Positions 49,433 to 59,022 of a stretch of 64,000 nucleotides of DNA are shown here, one piece after another. Made by a program: the position numbers and the translations under genes. The DNA comes from a virus (Duplodnaviria; Caudoviricetes), in the IMG/VR virus record IMGVR_UViG_3300017989_000087, positions 22,829 to 86,828 of that record; one strand, given 5' to 3'. The notes beneath the pieces are model-generated. The model did no database searches and was not told where the DNA came from. It worked only from the letters and a program-made list of their open reading frames with translations. Every line of letters starts with the position of its first letter. Position 1 is the stretch's first letter.

Positions 49433-49884
49433 GTATCATCACGACTTGTTTTTGTATTGCCTATACAGCATTTCTCCACATGGACCGCAGCCAAACATGG
49501 CTCTATCTGGATCACCGACTTCCTGCGCTTTTACCATTCGGTTATATCCAATCCTTGGTCTTCCCATGCGGTTATTACCACGATGTCTGTTACGCATTTG
49601 TTATCACCATGTTTATTACATCTTTCCATCTAATAAATATTACCATTTTTTAAAGTTTATCCAGATGAGCAATCAATCTGATTCTCCTCATCTATCTATA
49701 ATCCATAGTATAGAAAGAAAAAATGTGGACCATATTACGGCAAACATTAAAATACTCATTCACGAATCGCCCTCTGGCGTGGTAGGACTCGCTTCTGATA
49801 AACGAGTGGCTTCGTGGCCCGATGCCGTGTTAGCCAGAACATCTTCCACGTTCCTCCATTTCGCCGGATTTAACATTTTTATCA

Positions 49885-50211
49885 CTAATCACTCTCTACA
49901 CCAGATACATCCAATATATATTTCTTAAATGGGCATATCTCACATATCTTTGCCCCACGTTTCAAATTTCTCTTGCATATCCTATGGTAGAATCTCCTTA
50001 CGTCATCTCTGTTAATTTGTACGGAATCATATTTATGACCGCCTGAAGGAATAGGTGTTGCTGGAATACCTTCACTAAATACAGGTCTTTTCCAACCACA
50101 ATTTGAACATGACAACTCTTCCATAACATCAACAAGTGTTCCTTTGTTACATTTGGGACAAACATCGCCATCATTTAAATCATCTGTTTTACTCCACACA
50201 CCAAATTTCAT
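49885..50211 (-). CDS. Zinc-finger protein
   Basis: CPKC, CSNC, C...CEIC motifs; GAGGT RBS. Confidence 0.55.
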   Translation of the reverse strand: MKFGVWSKTDDLNDGDVCPKCNKGTLVDVMEELSCSNCGWKRPVFSEGIPATPIPSGGHKYDSVQINRDDVRRFYHRICKRNLKRGAKICEICPFKKYILDVSGVESD

Positions 50212-50261
50212 ATTACCTCACCCACTACCATTATAAATCTTCACACACAACGGCATACATC

Positions 50262-50498
50262 TCAATTATCACGATTAGTCAAAACTCTTATACACCCTGA
50301 AATATTTTCGTATGCTCTTGCCTCACCATCGTAGAATGCTTTTCTCTCGCTGAGAACTCTCGATTCATAGGACTTTGCTTTCTCGCCCAATCTGCCTATT
50401 TCGGCTTCCTTATTACGACTTTTTGACATAGCATTGTCTCTAAAATTGTTAGCCAACATTTCTAATGCTTTCAGAATTCTGTCTGTTTCATTCATCAC
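50262..50498 (-). CDS. Hypothetical protein
   Basis: GGTGA RBS. Confidence 0.45.
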   Translation of the reverse strand: MMNETDRILKALEMLANNFRDNAMSKSRNKEAEIGRLGEKAKSYESRVLSERKAFYDGEARAYENISGCIRVLTNRDN

Positions 50499-50842
50499 GA
50501 ATCACCGTCTTCTATAATATCACATCTAAACAAATACAGCGGAGGATCACAATAAACATATCCTATCCATTCTTCAGCAGATTTAAATCCAGAATGTTTT
50601 ACATATTCTTCATTTAAATCTTCTTTCTTTTTTATAACCTTAACAAATTGTTTGTTTACAATCAAACCAATACCTTTCCCATCAACATATATCTCACGTT
50701 CACCGCTGCTCGGTTTTACAGGATTGCTTCGATATGTTGTTGGTCTAAGTGTGTACACATATCCATTTTCTTTTAGATATCCCAAGGCTTTGCCAACATT
50801 GAAAGATATTTTATACATCATAATGGCACATCCTCCTTCCAA
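50495..50842 (-). CDS. Hypothetical protein, possibly ASCH/PUA-like
   Basis: YLKENGYVYTLR...YVKHSGFKSAEEWI pattern. Confidence 0.5.
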   Translation of the reverse strand: MEGGCAIMMYKISFNVGKALGYLKENGYVYTLRPTTYRSNPVKPSSGEREIYVDGKGIGLIVNKQFVKVIKKKEDLNEEYVKHSGFKSAEEWIGYVYCDPPLYLFRCDIIEDGDS

Positions 50843-51690
50843 GATTCATCCCCTCTATTTTTCTTTTGTCTTATATCTGTCCCAGAAACTGGAACGTCAA
50901 CCTCAATCGTTCTTATGTCATAACCAACTTTGCGTCCAATATTTATGGAATTTATATTAGGAAAGGGATATGGATACACGCTTACAAGCGGTTCATCAAT
51001 ATAAACTTCTTCTATCATACACTTTCTCTCTTCGAAAGACATTGGATTTTTATCACTCAATGGCGTGTCTCTTATGCCAATAACCACATTTCTGTTTTCT
51101 CCAAGAACTTCATCAATGATTGCCTTGTGACCATTGTGAAAGGGCTGCCATCTGCCGATGTATAGTTGAACTCTGGAAGCCTCTTCATATGCCTCTATTG
51201 CTCTATCCACGCACTCATCAACGCTTGATTCGTGTGTTTGCAAAACCAAATCTGGTTCTAGAGGAATGTCATAAGGTGCGGAAAACCCTGTAAAGTTCTT
51301 TATCTCGCCCACTCTTGCCAATTTCCAATTGCCTTTCGGATCTCTATCAGCACACACACTCGGAGGACAATCAACATGAATCATAATGAATGGACCGTTG
51401 TGTATTTTCTTTGCTTCTTGTCGAACATTTCTGTTTGGTGAAACAAGAGCAATAACAACATTATCACCAGCTTCTGCATATTTCTTTGCTTTCTTCGAAG
51501 TTAAAAGAACATTTGTTTTTCTGTCTTCCGGGCTAAACCCCAAGGCTCTGTGCTCTGGATACTTTGACCTTAACACATCACCATCAAGCATAATTGCATT
51601 TATATTTTCTGCTACCTTTTTTCCAATTGTGGTCTTGCCCGAAGACGGAATTCCTGTTAACCATATAATTGTTCCTGTCAGTTCAATCAT
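50818..51690 (-). CDS. cysC: Adenylylsulfate kinase fused to an HxGH nucleotidyltransferase domain
   Basis: WLTGIPSSGKTT, LDGD, FSPEDRKTN, RDPKG, FTG...PYD.P; C-terminal GRWQPFHNGH...SGTDIR. Confidence 0.9.
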   Translation of the reverse strand: MIELTGTIIWLTGIPSSGKTTIGKKVAENINAIMLDGDVLRSKYPEHRALGFSPEDRKTNVLLTSKKAKKYAEAGDNVVIALVSPNRNVRQEAKKIHNGPFIMIHVDCPPSVCADRDPKGNWKLARVGEIKNFTGFSAPYDIPLEPDLVLQTHESSVDECVDRAIEAYEEASRVQLYIGRWQPFHNGHKAIIDEVLGENRNVVIGIRDTPLSDKNPMSFEERKCMIEEVYIDEPLVSVYPYPFPNINSINIGRKVGYDIRTIEVDVPVSGTDIRQKKNRGDESWKEDVPL

Positions 51691-51716
51691 CTCCTACTCT
51701 ATCATACATCGCCATA

Positions 51717-52964
51717 TCAACCATCTCCATGCAAAAACGCATCATACATCTTTCCAGCTATATTTTTTTTGTCTGGAAACAATTCTCCAAACTTTCTCAT
51801 CTTATCTTCTATCTGCGCATCCTTACCGATCTCTTCGTGAATTACATCAACGTATTTCTTTATCGTCCCACTAGTTTCTCTGTCTTCCGTGAAATCTTTC
51901 CATATGCTTTTCATTCTTGGTTCACTCTTGTTAATCTTGTCATCATCAAACTCTTCACTAAGATTCAGCTTTAGGTATGGAAGTATATCTGCAAAGCGTT
52001 CCTTAAATATCTTTTCATCAAACTCTTCCTTTGCTTTCATCAAGACATGCTTGATAGCTGCTGGCGGTATAACTCCTGCTTTTAGTATATGATTCTTTCT
52101 TACTGAAATGGCCTTGTTCTTTAACATGTGATTAAACAACCCACGAGATGTATGCCAAACAGAACCCTCAATGACACATCTTCCACCAGCGTTCTTGATT
52201 ATGTTTTGATAAACTTCATTCTCAAGAATCTCATACAACTCAGTTAGCGAATTAACATCATAATCAAATGTGTCTTTATCTAGCCATTCACTATACCAAT
52301 CAACAAATTCATTTGAAAACTCAAATGTATATTCTTTTGAAGTAAATGAGTTGTATGCCTCTGTATTGAGATGGTTAAATGGTGTAGGTATTTGGTATTC
52401 ATCAAACATATCTTCCGTCAAATACCAATGCCACATATTACTCCAATCAAATATGCCTATGCCTTCAAGCGTAAGGTCTTGGTCCCAATATTCACCATAT
52501 GGAATTTCGTGTATGTTTCCAACACCAAACATCTCGGCACATATAGTTGCATCCCAAGATTCGCACATATTTACAAAATTATCATACAAAGGTATTGAAT
52601 ATAATTTCTCCTGCAAATCGGAAAACATCACGGGTGTTTCTCTGGTCTTGGGAACCACTTCAATTATCTCATTATTATCATCTTTTAAAGGATAAAATTG
52701 AACACATGTTCCATCACGCTTTTCAAGTATATTTAATATATGGCCTCTATTTCTTTGTTCCCAATCTTTATCCATGTAATGAATTTTTGGAAAAGCTCTA
52801 ACAAGTTGATACTCATTTGTATGTGTTAATATTAAAGAACCAAGCATTGATTCCCTGCTTCTACACATCCATCCAGATATCAAATTCCCTTCTGGTGTTT
52901 CAACATCGGTAAACTTGGAAACGTGCTTACTTCCAAATATATCAATTGCTTCTTCCTTTTCCAA
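51717..52964 (-). CDS. ATP-dependent RNA ligase-like nucleotidyltransferase
   Basis: RAFPKIHY, EKRDGT (motif I), AEMFG, IFD, IEGSV, LKNK. Confidence 0.7.
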   Translation of the reverse strand: MEKEEAIDIFGSKHVSKFTDVETPEGNLISGWMCRSRESMLGSLILTHTNEYQLVRAFPKIHYMDKDWEQRNRGHILNILEKRDGTCVQFYPLKDDNNEIIEVVPKTRETPVMFSDLQEKLYSIPLYDNFVNMCESWDATICAEMFGVGNIHEIPYGEYWDQDLTLEGIGIFDWSNMWHWYLTEDMFDEYQIPTPFNHLNTEAYNSFTSKEYTFEFSNEFVDWYSEWLDKDTFDYDVNSLTELYEILENEVYQNIIKNAGGRCVIEGSVWHTSRGLFNHMLKNKAISVRKNHILKAGVIPPAAIKHVLMKAKEEFDEKIFKERFADILPYLKLNLSEEFDDDKINKSEPRMKSIWKDFTEDRETSGTIKKYVDVIHEEIGKDAQIEDKMRKFGELFPDKKNIAGKMYDAFLHGDG

Positions 52965-52969
52965 TTAGA

Positions 52970-53296
52970 TCACTTTCTTGATATTTCTTCCCTGAACTCT
53001 CTCAACATCTTATTCCCACATATGTCAGGCAAATCAACGTACCATATCTCATCGTCCGGTTCAAAATTCTTCATATAATCTAAGAAACATCTCCAAGAAC
53101 AGAAATCTATTTTCTCGTCTTTATATGTACCGTCAACATTTTCCTTCTCATAGACTATTCTCATCCTTGGGATGTAATTCTGTTCCTTAATAGGAACAAA
53201 CGAACCGCAGACATCACAAAAAATATCTTCGATCTCTGGTTCCTTTATAGCTCCACACTCGGAGCATCTAACAGCATCTTTAACCTTCTTCAACAT
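52970..53296 (-). CDS. Zinc-finger protein
   Basis: CSEC, CDVC, FCSWRC. Confidence 0.55.
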   Translation of the reverse strand: MLKKVKDAVRCSECGAIKEPEIEDIFCDVCGSFVPIKEQNYIPRMRIVYEKENVDGTYKDEKIDFCSWRCFLDYMKNFEPDDEIWYVDLPDICGNKMLREFREEISRK

Positions 53297-53299
53297 TTT

Positions 53300-53710
53300 T
53301 TATTCACTATCCGTTACTCTACCTACAAATATCCCATCCTTAACTCTAACCTTTATATAAAAAAGATCTTCACAATTTGGACAGTATTCATACACATCAT
53401 ATATACCATCTGGAACGACTTCAATAACATTGTCCTTATCAATTTCAATTACGCCAAATAGTTTCTGTGCAAAATCATTATGTGATAGATTCAAATCTTC
53501 TAGCATCTTTTGCCTTTCGTTTTCGTCCCTTATCTTCCAACCATAAACATTTGCTGGTTCACCTTCATAAAATTGTTCCATCACATTAGCAAGTTCCTTT
53601 GTTTGAAAAAATTCAAATTCCCCCTGCCCACACTTTGTACAGGGTACTGGTTCGTTCAAAACGAATGTATCAAATAGTCCCATATTACCTAGCCTCAACC
53701 CAATGGTCAA
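53300..53710 (-). CDS. Zinc-ribbon protein
   Basis: MGLFD...CTKC...FQTK...YEYCPNC; start likely MGLFD. Confidence 0.55.
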   Translation of the reverse strand: MTIGLRLGNMGLFDTFVLNEPVPCTKCGQGEFEFFQTKELANVMEQFYEGEPANVYGWKIRDENERQKMLEDLNLSHNDFAQKLFGVIEIDKDNVIEVVPDGIYDVYEYCPNCEDLFYIKVRVKDGIFVGRVTDSE

Positions 53711-54075
53711 ATTCTAGTCTATAAAAAACATCCCATTTAAACTCGCATTCATTACATTCCCAATATTCCCAAAAGCCCATTCCGTCAACTTCTGTAGCAA
53801 CTATCTCATTGTTTGTAGAATTGCATTTGGGACATTTGTAAGGCTCTTCATCTTCTGCTATCATTTTATCATTCCTTATTTTTAAGAATGCTTAGGTCTT
53901 GTTCCAGTTTGCACATTCTCAAATTTAATGTTCTAATTTGGTTTGATGTTCCATCCATAAACATATACAGCAACAATGTTAATATGAAAGAAACCCCAAC
54001 CAAACCAGCTATTCCAACCCATATCAATTGGTTCACCAGAGAACATTAGTTTTGTTGTTTAAAAATGTATGGGAT

Positions 54076-54738
54076 CTACTTTATTCGTTCACCACAATGT
54101 TTACAGTATGGCGTATTTGCATCTGTCTTCAACCCGCATACAGAACAAGTAACCGTTGCTGGTAGTTTTGCATTTACATTTGGTATGGTTAGAACCTTTC
54201 CATTTTTCTGTTGATATTTGTTTGCGTAATTTTTTGTAGCATCCAACAATCCAACAGAAACATCAAACCTAGGCAATTTGTCCAAAGTATCTTGATAAAA
54301 TTTCATATGTTTAATAACACCATTTAATGCATTCGAATCGTTGTCACACATTAAATTGAATAATTCATCCAATTTTGGGACATAATATCTATTAATGTTG
54401 TCTGCCCAAAACATTATTATACCCGGAGGATGTCCAGCAACTTTTCCTAAAAACATATCATAAGAGATTTGTTTATACGTTGTTTCATTGATAGGACCAA
54501 ATCTTGGGGCAGAATCATTTAAATAATCTATAACAGTATCTCTCATATATTTTATATAGTGTTCAAAATATATATGGTCTTTCTCAAGAGAATAATCTAA
54601 ACCTAATTTGGTCATCAAAGTCTCTTTGGTAGCTCTTGTATGTTTTCTGTTCCCTTCATAAAAATCATTCCATTGTATTGATGAATTTCTAATTTTAGAA
54701 GCAAATCTAATAAATTCTTTTGAAAATCTTTTTGCCAT
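54076..54738 (-). CDS. Hypothetical protein with C-terminal zinc ribbon
   Basis: CSVCG...CKHCG at the C-terminus. Confidence 0.55.
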   Translation of the reverse strand: MAKRFSKEFIRFASKIRNSSIQWNDFYEGNRKHTRATKETLMTKLGLDYSLEKDHIYFEHYIKYMRDTVIDYLNDSAPRFGPINETTYKQISYDMFLGKVAGHPPGIIMFWADNINRYYVPKLDELFNLMCDNDSNALNGVIKHMKFYQDTLDKLPRFDVSVGLLDATKNYANKYQQKNGKVLTIPNVNAKLPATVTCSVCGLKTDANTPYCKHCGERIK

Positions 54739-54740
54739 TA

Positions 54741-55769
54741 TTACACCTTCTTCAATTCCTCTTCATAATATTCTTTCTGACTTTCTAACATCTTTTTAAA
54801 TCCTTCACGAGCACCTTTACTAAAATCCTTTACTCTTTCCCACTTGTGCCACTTTCTACAATTCGTGTATGCCTTTGCCCAATTTTTTGCTTCTTCTTTT
54901 TCTGTGTCAACAACAGTTGTTACAGGAATTGTTCTACCACTAGCTGCATGTCCCTTCATAATTTTTATACTTTCTATCTCATCTACTGCTTGCTGCTTTT
55001 CGCTTTCGGTTGTGTAAGATCTCTCAATATCTTCTGCTTCTTCAACGGTTATTGTGTTTTCTTTTAACGCTTCCTTTACTGGTTCACTAGATTCTCTCAT
55101 CATTTCTTGCTTTTTGTTTGAACGCTCTTCATCTTGTTTTACAAGTTCTATTGCCTTTTCTTTTTCTTCATCTGTTTCATATAAAGCATCTATTTCCTTT
55201 GCTTTTTCTATAGAAATTTTCTTCTCTATCAAAGACTTTTTAACTGGTTCAGATGATTTTGACGCTAATGCTGCTCTCTTTATTGATTCTATCTCACCAG
55301 ATTTTACCATTTCAAATATTTTAGGATCATCTCTGCGTATCTGGCGAATGCGGGAGACTGTTGTATGACCAACGCCGAGAGCCTTGCCAATGTTTTCAAC
55401 AGAGCCTGCCACCGTGGTAGGGTCGCCACCCATCTGGGAGGGGAGTTCGGGTTCAAGAATCTCTTCTTCTTTTGCATAAATAGCAGAAGTCTTTTTTCTC
55501 TGAACATTGTCTCTAACAATCCATCGCCCAACTTGCTCTTCTGGAATATCTCTTTCAACATATGGAATAGTCTTATGACCAAGGTGCTTCATTTTTTTCC
55601 ATCTAGATATACCACCAATAATAAGATTTGTTCCCTTAAGGATATCTATTGGATGGTGCAATCCATCTGCTTCTATTGAGCCTTCAAGTCCTTCAGCAAT
55701 TACATCCCCATAAATCATTGTTGATAGAGGATGAGGTTTTAAACTATCTATTTTTATTTCTTTTGTCAT
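54741..55769 (-). CDS. ParB/Srx-like domain protein with HTH and duplicated helical module
   Basis: LKPHP...SIEADGLHHPI...IIGGISRW; GKALGVGHTTVSRI HTH. Confidence 0.75.
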   Translation of the reverse strand: MTKEIKIDSLKPHPLSTMIYGDVIAEGLEGSIEADGLHHPIDILKGTNLIIGGISRWKKMKHLGHKTIPYVERDIPEEQVGRWIVRDNVQRKKTSAIYAKEEEILEPELPSQMGGDPTTVAGSVENIGKALGVGHTTVSRIRQIRRDDPKIFEMVKSGEIESIKRAALASKSSEPVKKSLIEKKISIEKAKEIDALYETDEEKEKAIELVKQDEERSNKKQEMMRESSEPVKEALKENTITVEEAEDIERSYTTESEKQQAVDEIESIKIMKGHAASGRTIPVTTVVDTEKEEAKNWAKAYTNCRKWHKWERVKDFSKGAREGFKKMLESQKEYYEEELKKV

Positions 55770-55800
55770 TCTACAATCTCCTTATATAATCCATCTTATT

Positions 55801-56268
55801 TTATTTCCCTTTAATTTTTAGTTTCTTTCCATTCAAAGATTTTCTGCCTTCAATCCTCATCGCTCCGTTTTCATCAACATTCCACCCATACAATACAACT
55901 AACCGATCTTCGCACTCTACTTCTTCATAAAAAGGAAGCCCACCTTCCCACGGAATATCTTTGCACACAAAATAACCAATGAATCTGGCTTCATCTGCCG
56001 ACAAGTCATCTGAATCCGATATATCATTAACAAATTCAGAAAAATAAAAATATGTGTCATTTAGACCTGAACAATCAATACGGTTATTATTAATACAAAA
56101 TTCGTCCGAAGGATTGTCTCGCCTAAAAATTTCCAACCGTTCCAAGATTCTAGATGGAATTTCTATTGTAGTATCCCGCCCTGATACAAGATCAAATTCT
56201 AAAACAACTTTATTCATTTTTATCACTTCGACCCAGATGAAGCCAACACAAGTGCTATGTCCTTCCAA
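55801..56268 (-). CDS. Hypothetical protein
   Basis: Operonic; start likely MNKVVL. Confidence 0.5.
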   Translation of the reverse strand: MEGHSTCVGFIWVEVIKMNKVVLEFDLVSGRDTTIEIPSRILERLEIFRRDNPSDEFCINNNRIDCSGLNDTYFYFSEFVNDISDSDDLSADEARFIGYFVCKDIPWEGGLPFYEEVECEDRLVVLYGWNVDENGAMRIEGRKSLNGKKLKIKGK

Positions 56269-56450
56269 CTAACTTCTTTTATGTTCCACTTTTCAAGATT
56301 GTTAACATCGATCTCAAGCATCTGAACACTATCCTTGTCTTCACTATCTGCAAATATGCCACATACCTCATTAAATGAAGTACATACATATTCATTTTCA
56401 TTGTCGTCTACAACCATATAAAACTTGCTTTCCTCTATTTTTGTTTTCAT
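56223..56450 (-). CDS. Hypothetical protein
   Basis: GGAGG RBS downstream of an ATTTTTAAA box. Confidence 0.5.
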   Translation of the reverse strand: MKTKIEESKFYMVVDDNENEYVCTSFNEVCGIFADSEDKDSVQMLEIDVNNLEKWNIKEVSWKDIALVLASSGSK

Positions 56451-56492
56451 TTTGCTTCCTCCAAATATCCTATTTCTCGGTGTTTAAAAATG

Positions 56493-56822
56493 TTACCCAT
56501 CTTTCAGACATTCCAATGCCAACTCGGAATAATTCTCAAGATCAGTAAAACTATCATCAATTGGTTCATTTACAGCTTTACCTTTCTTTGTCAAATTTAA
56601 TATCCTGACATACTTGTGCAGGAGATGCCACAATGCAACACCTTCGGGCTTACTAATTGGTATTGGCATACCAGCATCTTCAAGAACCTTTGCCAACTTA
56701 GCCATCGTTTTAAAATTTGCAAGACAATCTTCATTGGCATAATCCTTTGCCTTGTTTACTCTAACCTCTCTCTTCCGTTCGTATCTGCTATCCATCATAT
56801 CTAAAGCTTCATCTATCCGCAA
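56493..56822 (-). CDS. DUF1599/nucleotide-modification-associated-like protein
   Basis: KAKDYA..D.LANF...KYVRI...IDDSFTDLENY pattern. Confidence 0.55.
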   Translation of the reverse strand: MRIDEALDMMDSRYERKREVRVNKAKDYANEDCLANFKTMAKLAKVLEDAGMPIPISKPEGVALWHLLHKYVRILNLTKKGKAVNEPIDDSFTDLENYSELALECLKDG

Positions 56823-57653
56823 TTACAAACACCCAGAATCCACGAGCTTTTTCTTCAGATAAAAGAATGTCCTTCTTGATTTACCGAACATCTTCTTGAA
56901 TTCTGCTACCTGTTCCTCAACAGGCAAAACAGATTCCTTTGATTTGTTGTATACAAACTTGAGTTCATTATTAACATCAGACTCAAGGATAGATAGAAAC
57001 GTTTTTCTCCAATCAATGCTTTCACTTTCCTTTGAAAGTTCCCTAATCTCAAGTCCCTGCATCAATGTTCTGAAATCAAACAAAGAAGCAAATTCAGATA
57101 TTAAATCAACAACTTCACCCTTTTCCTTTAGTGTCAGATTAAATTTCTTTATTGACTTACATATGTCTCTCATCTGTGATATCTTTTCTTCCCTTGTGTA
57201 TGTAATCTTGAAATGCAAAACCCTACTCAAAACGGCATCCACATTTGGGTTATCTCTTGTCTTGTTGCATATGAATATTATCTTTGAATTAAAATAAAAC
57301 GTATCTGGTATTCCCTCCTTCTCCAATAGTTTTGATGTGCTATTCCACTCAATCTTTCTATCCTCATCTACACTCCACATGGCAGACTTAAGAGTAGCTG
57401 CGGAATGATCGTTTTCCCAAATGTTGTCAACATCATCCATAACAATAAGAGCATCGTCTTTGTGTTTGTAAAGAAACATATACAAGGACAATGGTGTGCT
57501 ATATGTCGTTAATACGCTTGGAGTCACATCATTATCTTCGAGATAATTTAATACCGAATAACTCTTACCTATACCAGCTTCACCAAGAACCATTAACCCA
57601 TGTATGTTTTTTGATTTTAATAATACTTCAATCAAAGAATATAGTTCTCTCAT
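56823..57653 (-). CDS. P-loop ATPase with C-terminal HTH
   Basis: GEAGIGKSY, IVMDD, IFICN, SRV; FGKSRRTFFYLKK. Confidence 0.75.
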   Translation of the reverse strand: MRELYSLIEVLLKSKNIHGLMVLGEAGIGKSYSVLNYLEDNDVTPSVLTTYSTPLSLYMFLYKHKDDALIVMDDVDNIWENDHSAATLKSAMWSVDEDRKIEWNSTSKLLEKEGIPDTFYFNSKIIFICNKTRDNPNVDAVLSRVLHFKITYTREEKISQMRDICKSIKKFNLTLKEKGEVVDLISEFASLFDFRTLMQGLEIRELSKESESIDWRKTFLSILESDVNNELKFVYNKSKESVLPVEEQVAEFKKMFGKSRRTFFYLKKKLVDSGCL

Positions 57654-57933
57654 GATTAATCACCACATCTTTCATATGCAAATTTGCCAAATTTCATTGT
57701 GAAACCTCATCACGCAAATTATTATAAAATTGTCCTGCTGTTATATTGTTATGGAACGGTGCGACAAATACAATAAATCTGCCTCTCTGTATAAATGTGC
57801 CATCTAGTCTTGTATTTTTGTTAATAGATATAATTGTTCTAAACCCATCTTTATGTAAATCTTGGTATTTCATTTTCTCATTTCCTCAAATTCTTTTCTT
57901 TCTCCTTTCATAAGTTTAATTCTTTCTTTGTTG

Positions 57934-58269
57934 TCATACAAATAATAATATCCATTTAAAACCCTTGTTCTTTTCTGCTGGTGAAAATGTTTCTATCATT
58001 GCCAATGCAAATTCTTCACCATTGTCTTCATATTCATCAGCCTTATTATCTTCAATTTTGCCATCAATTTTTTCGACAATAAACGCACACGCAGCAACTG
58101 TGTCGCCATCAGAGTCCACATAATCTCTCGCAACTGGTATTTTTATTAAATTTTTCTCTATCCTAATACTACCAATTTTGTTATCTTTTACTCTTAAATA
58201 AAATTTTTCAAGTTTCTTCATCAGAATGCCCTCCAAGGCAAGGGGTGCGCATATGAGTATGAGCTTCAC
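57934..58269 (-). CDS. Hypothetical protein
   Basis: GGAGG RBS before MKKLEK. Confidence 0.45.
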   Translation of the reverse strand: MKLILICAPLALEGILMKKLEKFYLRVKDNKIGSIRIEKNLIKIPVARDYVDSDGDTVAACAFIVEKIDGKIEDNKADEYEDNGEEFALAMIETFSPAEKNKGFKWILLFV

Positions 58270-58280
58270 TTTGCACTTTT

Positions 58281-58592
58281 TTACAACTGTTTTATTATAT
58301 CCGATAGTAATCCCGTGAAGTTTTTGTGATTTGTTATCGGTATATGTATTGAAACAAACGCTTCATCAATGGAACCAGATATATAGAGTGTTGGTTCTCC
58401 ATCATAATCTTCTACATATATTTCACTAGTATCAAACGTTCCAAATTCAAATGACCCAAGTGCTGGTTTATCTTCATCATTATGATAAATCTTTTTTATC
58501 ACACTTGCCTTTTTTTCTTCTGTTATCCATATGCTTCCAGAACCTCTATGCTTATATATATTTGTCAACTTCATCTCCACGGTTTTTTCCAT
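58281..58592 (-). CDS. Hypothetical protein
   Basis: Operonic ORF. Confidence 0.45.
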   Translation of the reverse strand: MEKTVEMKLTNIYKHRGSGSIWITEEKKASVIKKIYHNDEDKPALGSFEFGTFDTSEIYVEDYDGEPTLYISGSIDEAFVSIHIPITNHKNFTGLLSDIIKQL

Positions 58593-58795
58593 AGTTCATA
58601 CAACGAACGGATTATTCTTTCTATGTCATTCTTGGTCCCAACAGAATTTATATTGTTCTTATCCAACCCACTTTTTGTTTGAATTTCAACTATAAAATAA
58701 TCTCTATCATCAAAAGGCCATATTCCCATTTTAACAATAGATCCTTCTTCTAGTTTAACTTCTTTTATAGACCTACAATTATCTGGAAAAGTCAT
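58571..58795 (-). CDS. Hypothetical protein
   Basis: Operonic ORF. Confidence 0.45.
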   Translation of the reverse strand: MTFPDNCRSIKEVKLEEGSIVKMGIWPFDDRDYFIVEIQTKSGLDKNNINSVGTKNDIERIIRSLYELWKKPWR

Positions 58796-58797
58796 AT

Positions 58798-59019
58798 CTA
58801 AGCACCAAGTTCTCCCAACAAATCTTCTATTAATTCTAATCTTCTCTTGTCTCTTTCTTCTAGGTGCTGGTACATTTTGAATGTTTCTTCCTTGTTTATC
58901 CAGTAGTCATCTTGCAAAATAGATTTCCACTCTCTCCAATCTTTTCCAAGATCTCTTTCCTTGTCCCTTAACAACCTTACCAAAAGTTCCCATTGCTCAT
59001 CCGTTATGCTTATAATCAT
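58798..59019 (-). CDS. Hypothetical protein
   Basis: GGGTGT RBS; operonic. Confidence 0.45.
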   Translation of the reverse strand: MIISITDEQWELLVRLLRDKERDLGKDWREWKSILQDDYWINKEETFKMYQHLEERDKRRLELIEDLLGELGA

Positions 59020-59022
59020 TTT

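Noticed and set aside
49439-49597. GC-richer segment initially suspected to be a tRNA
   Set aside because: No T-loop or cloverleaf; it reads as a 52-aa - strand ORF with a GGTGA RBS.
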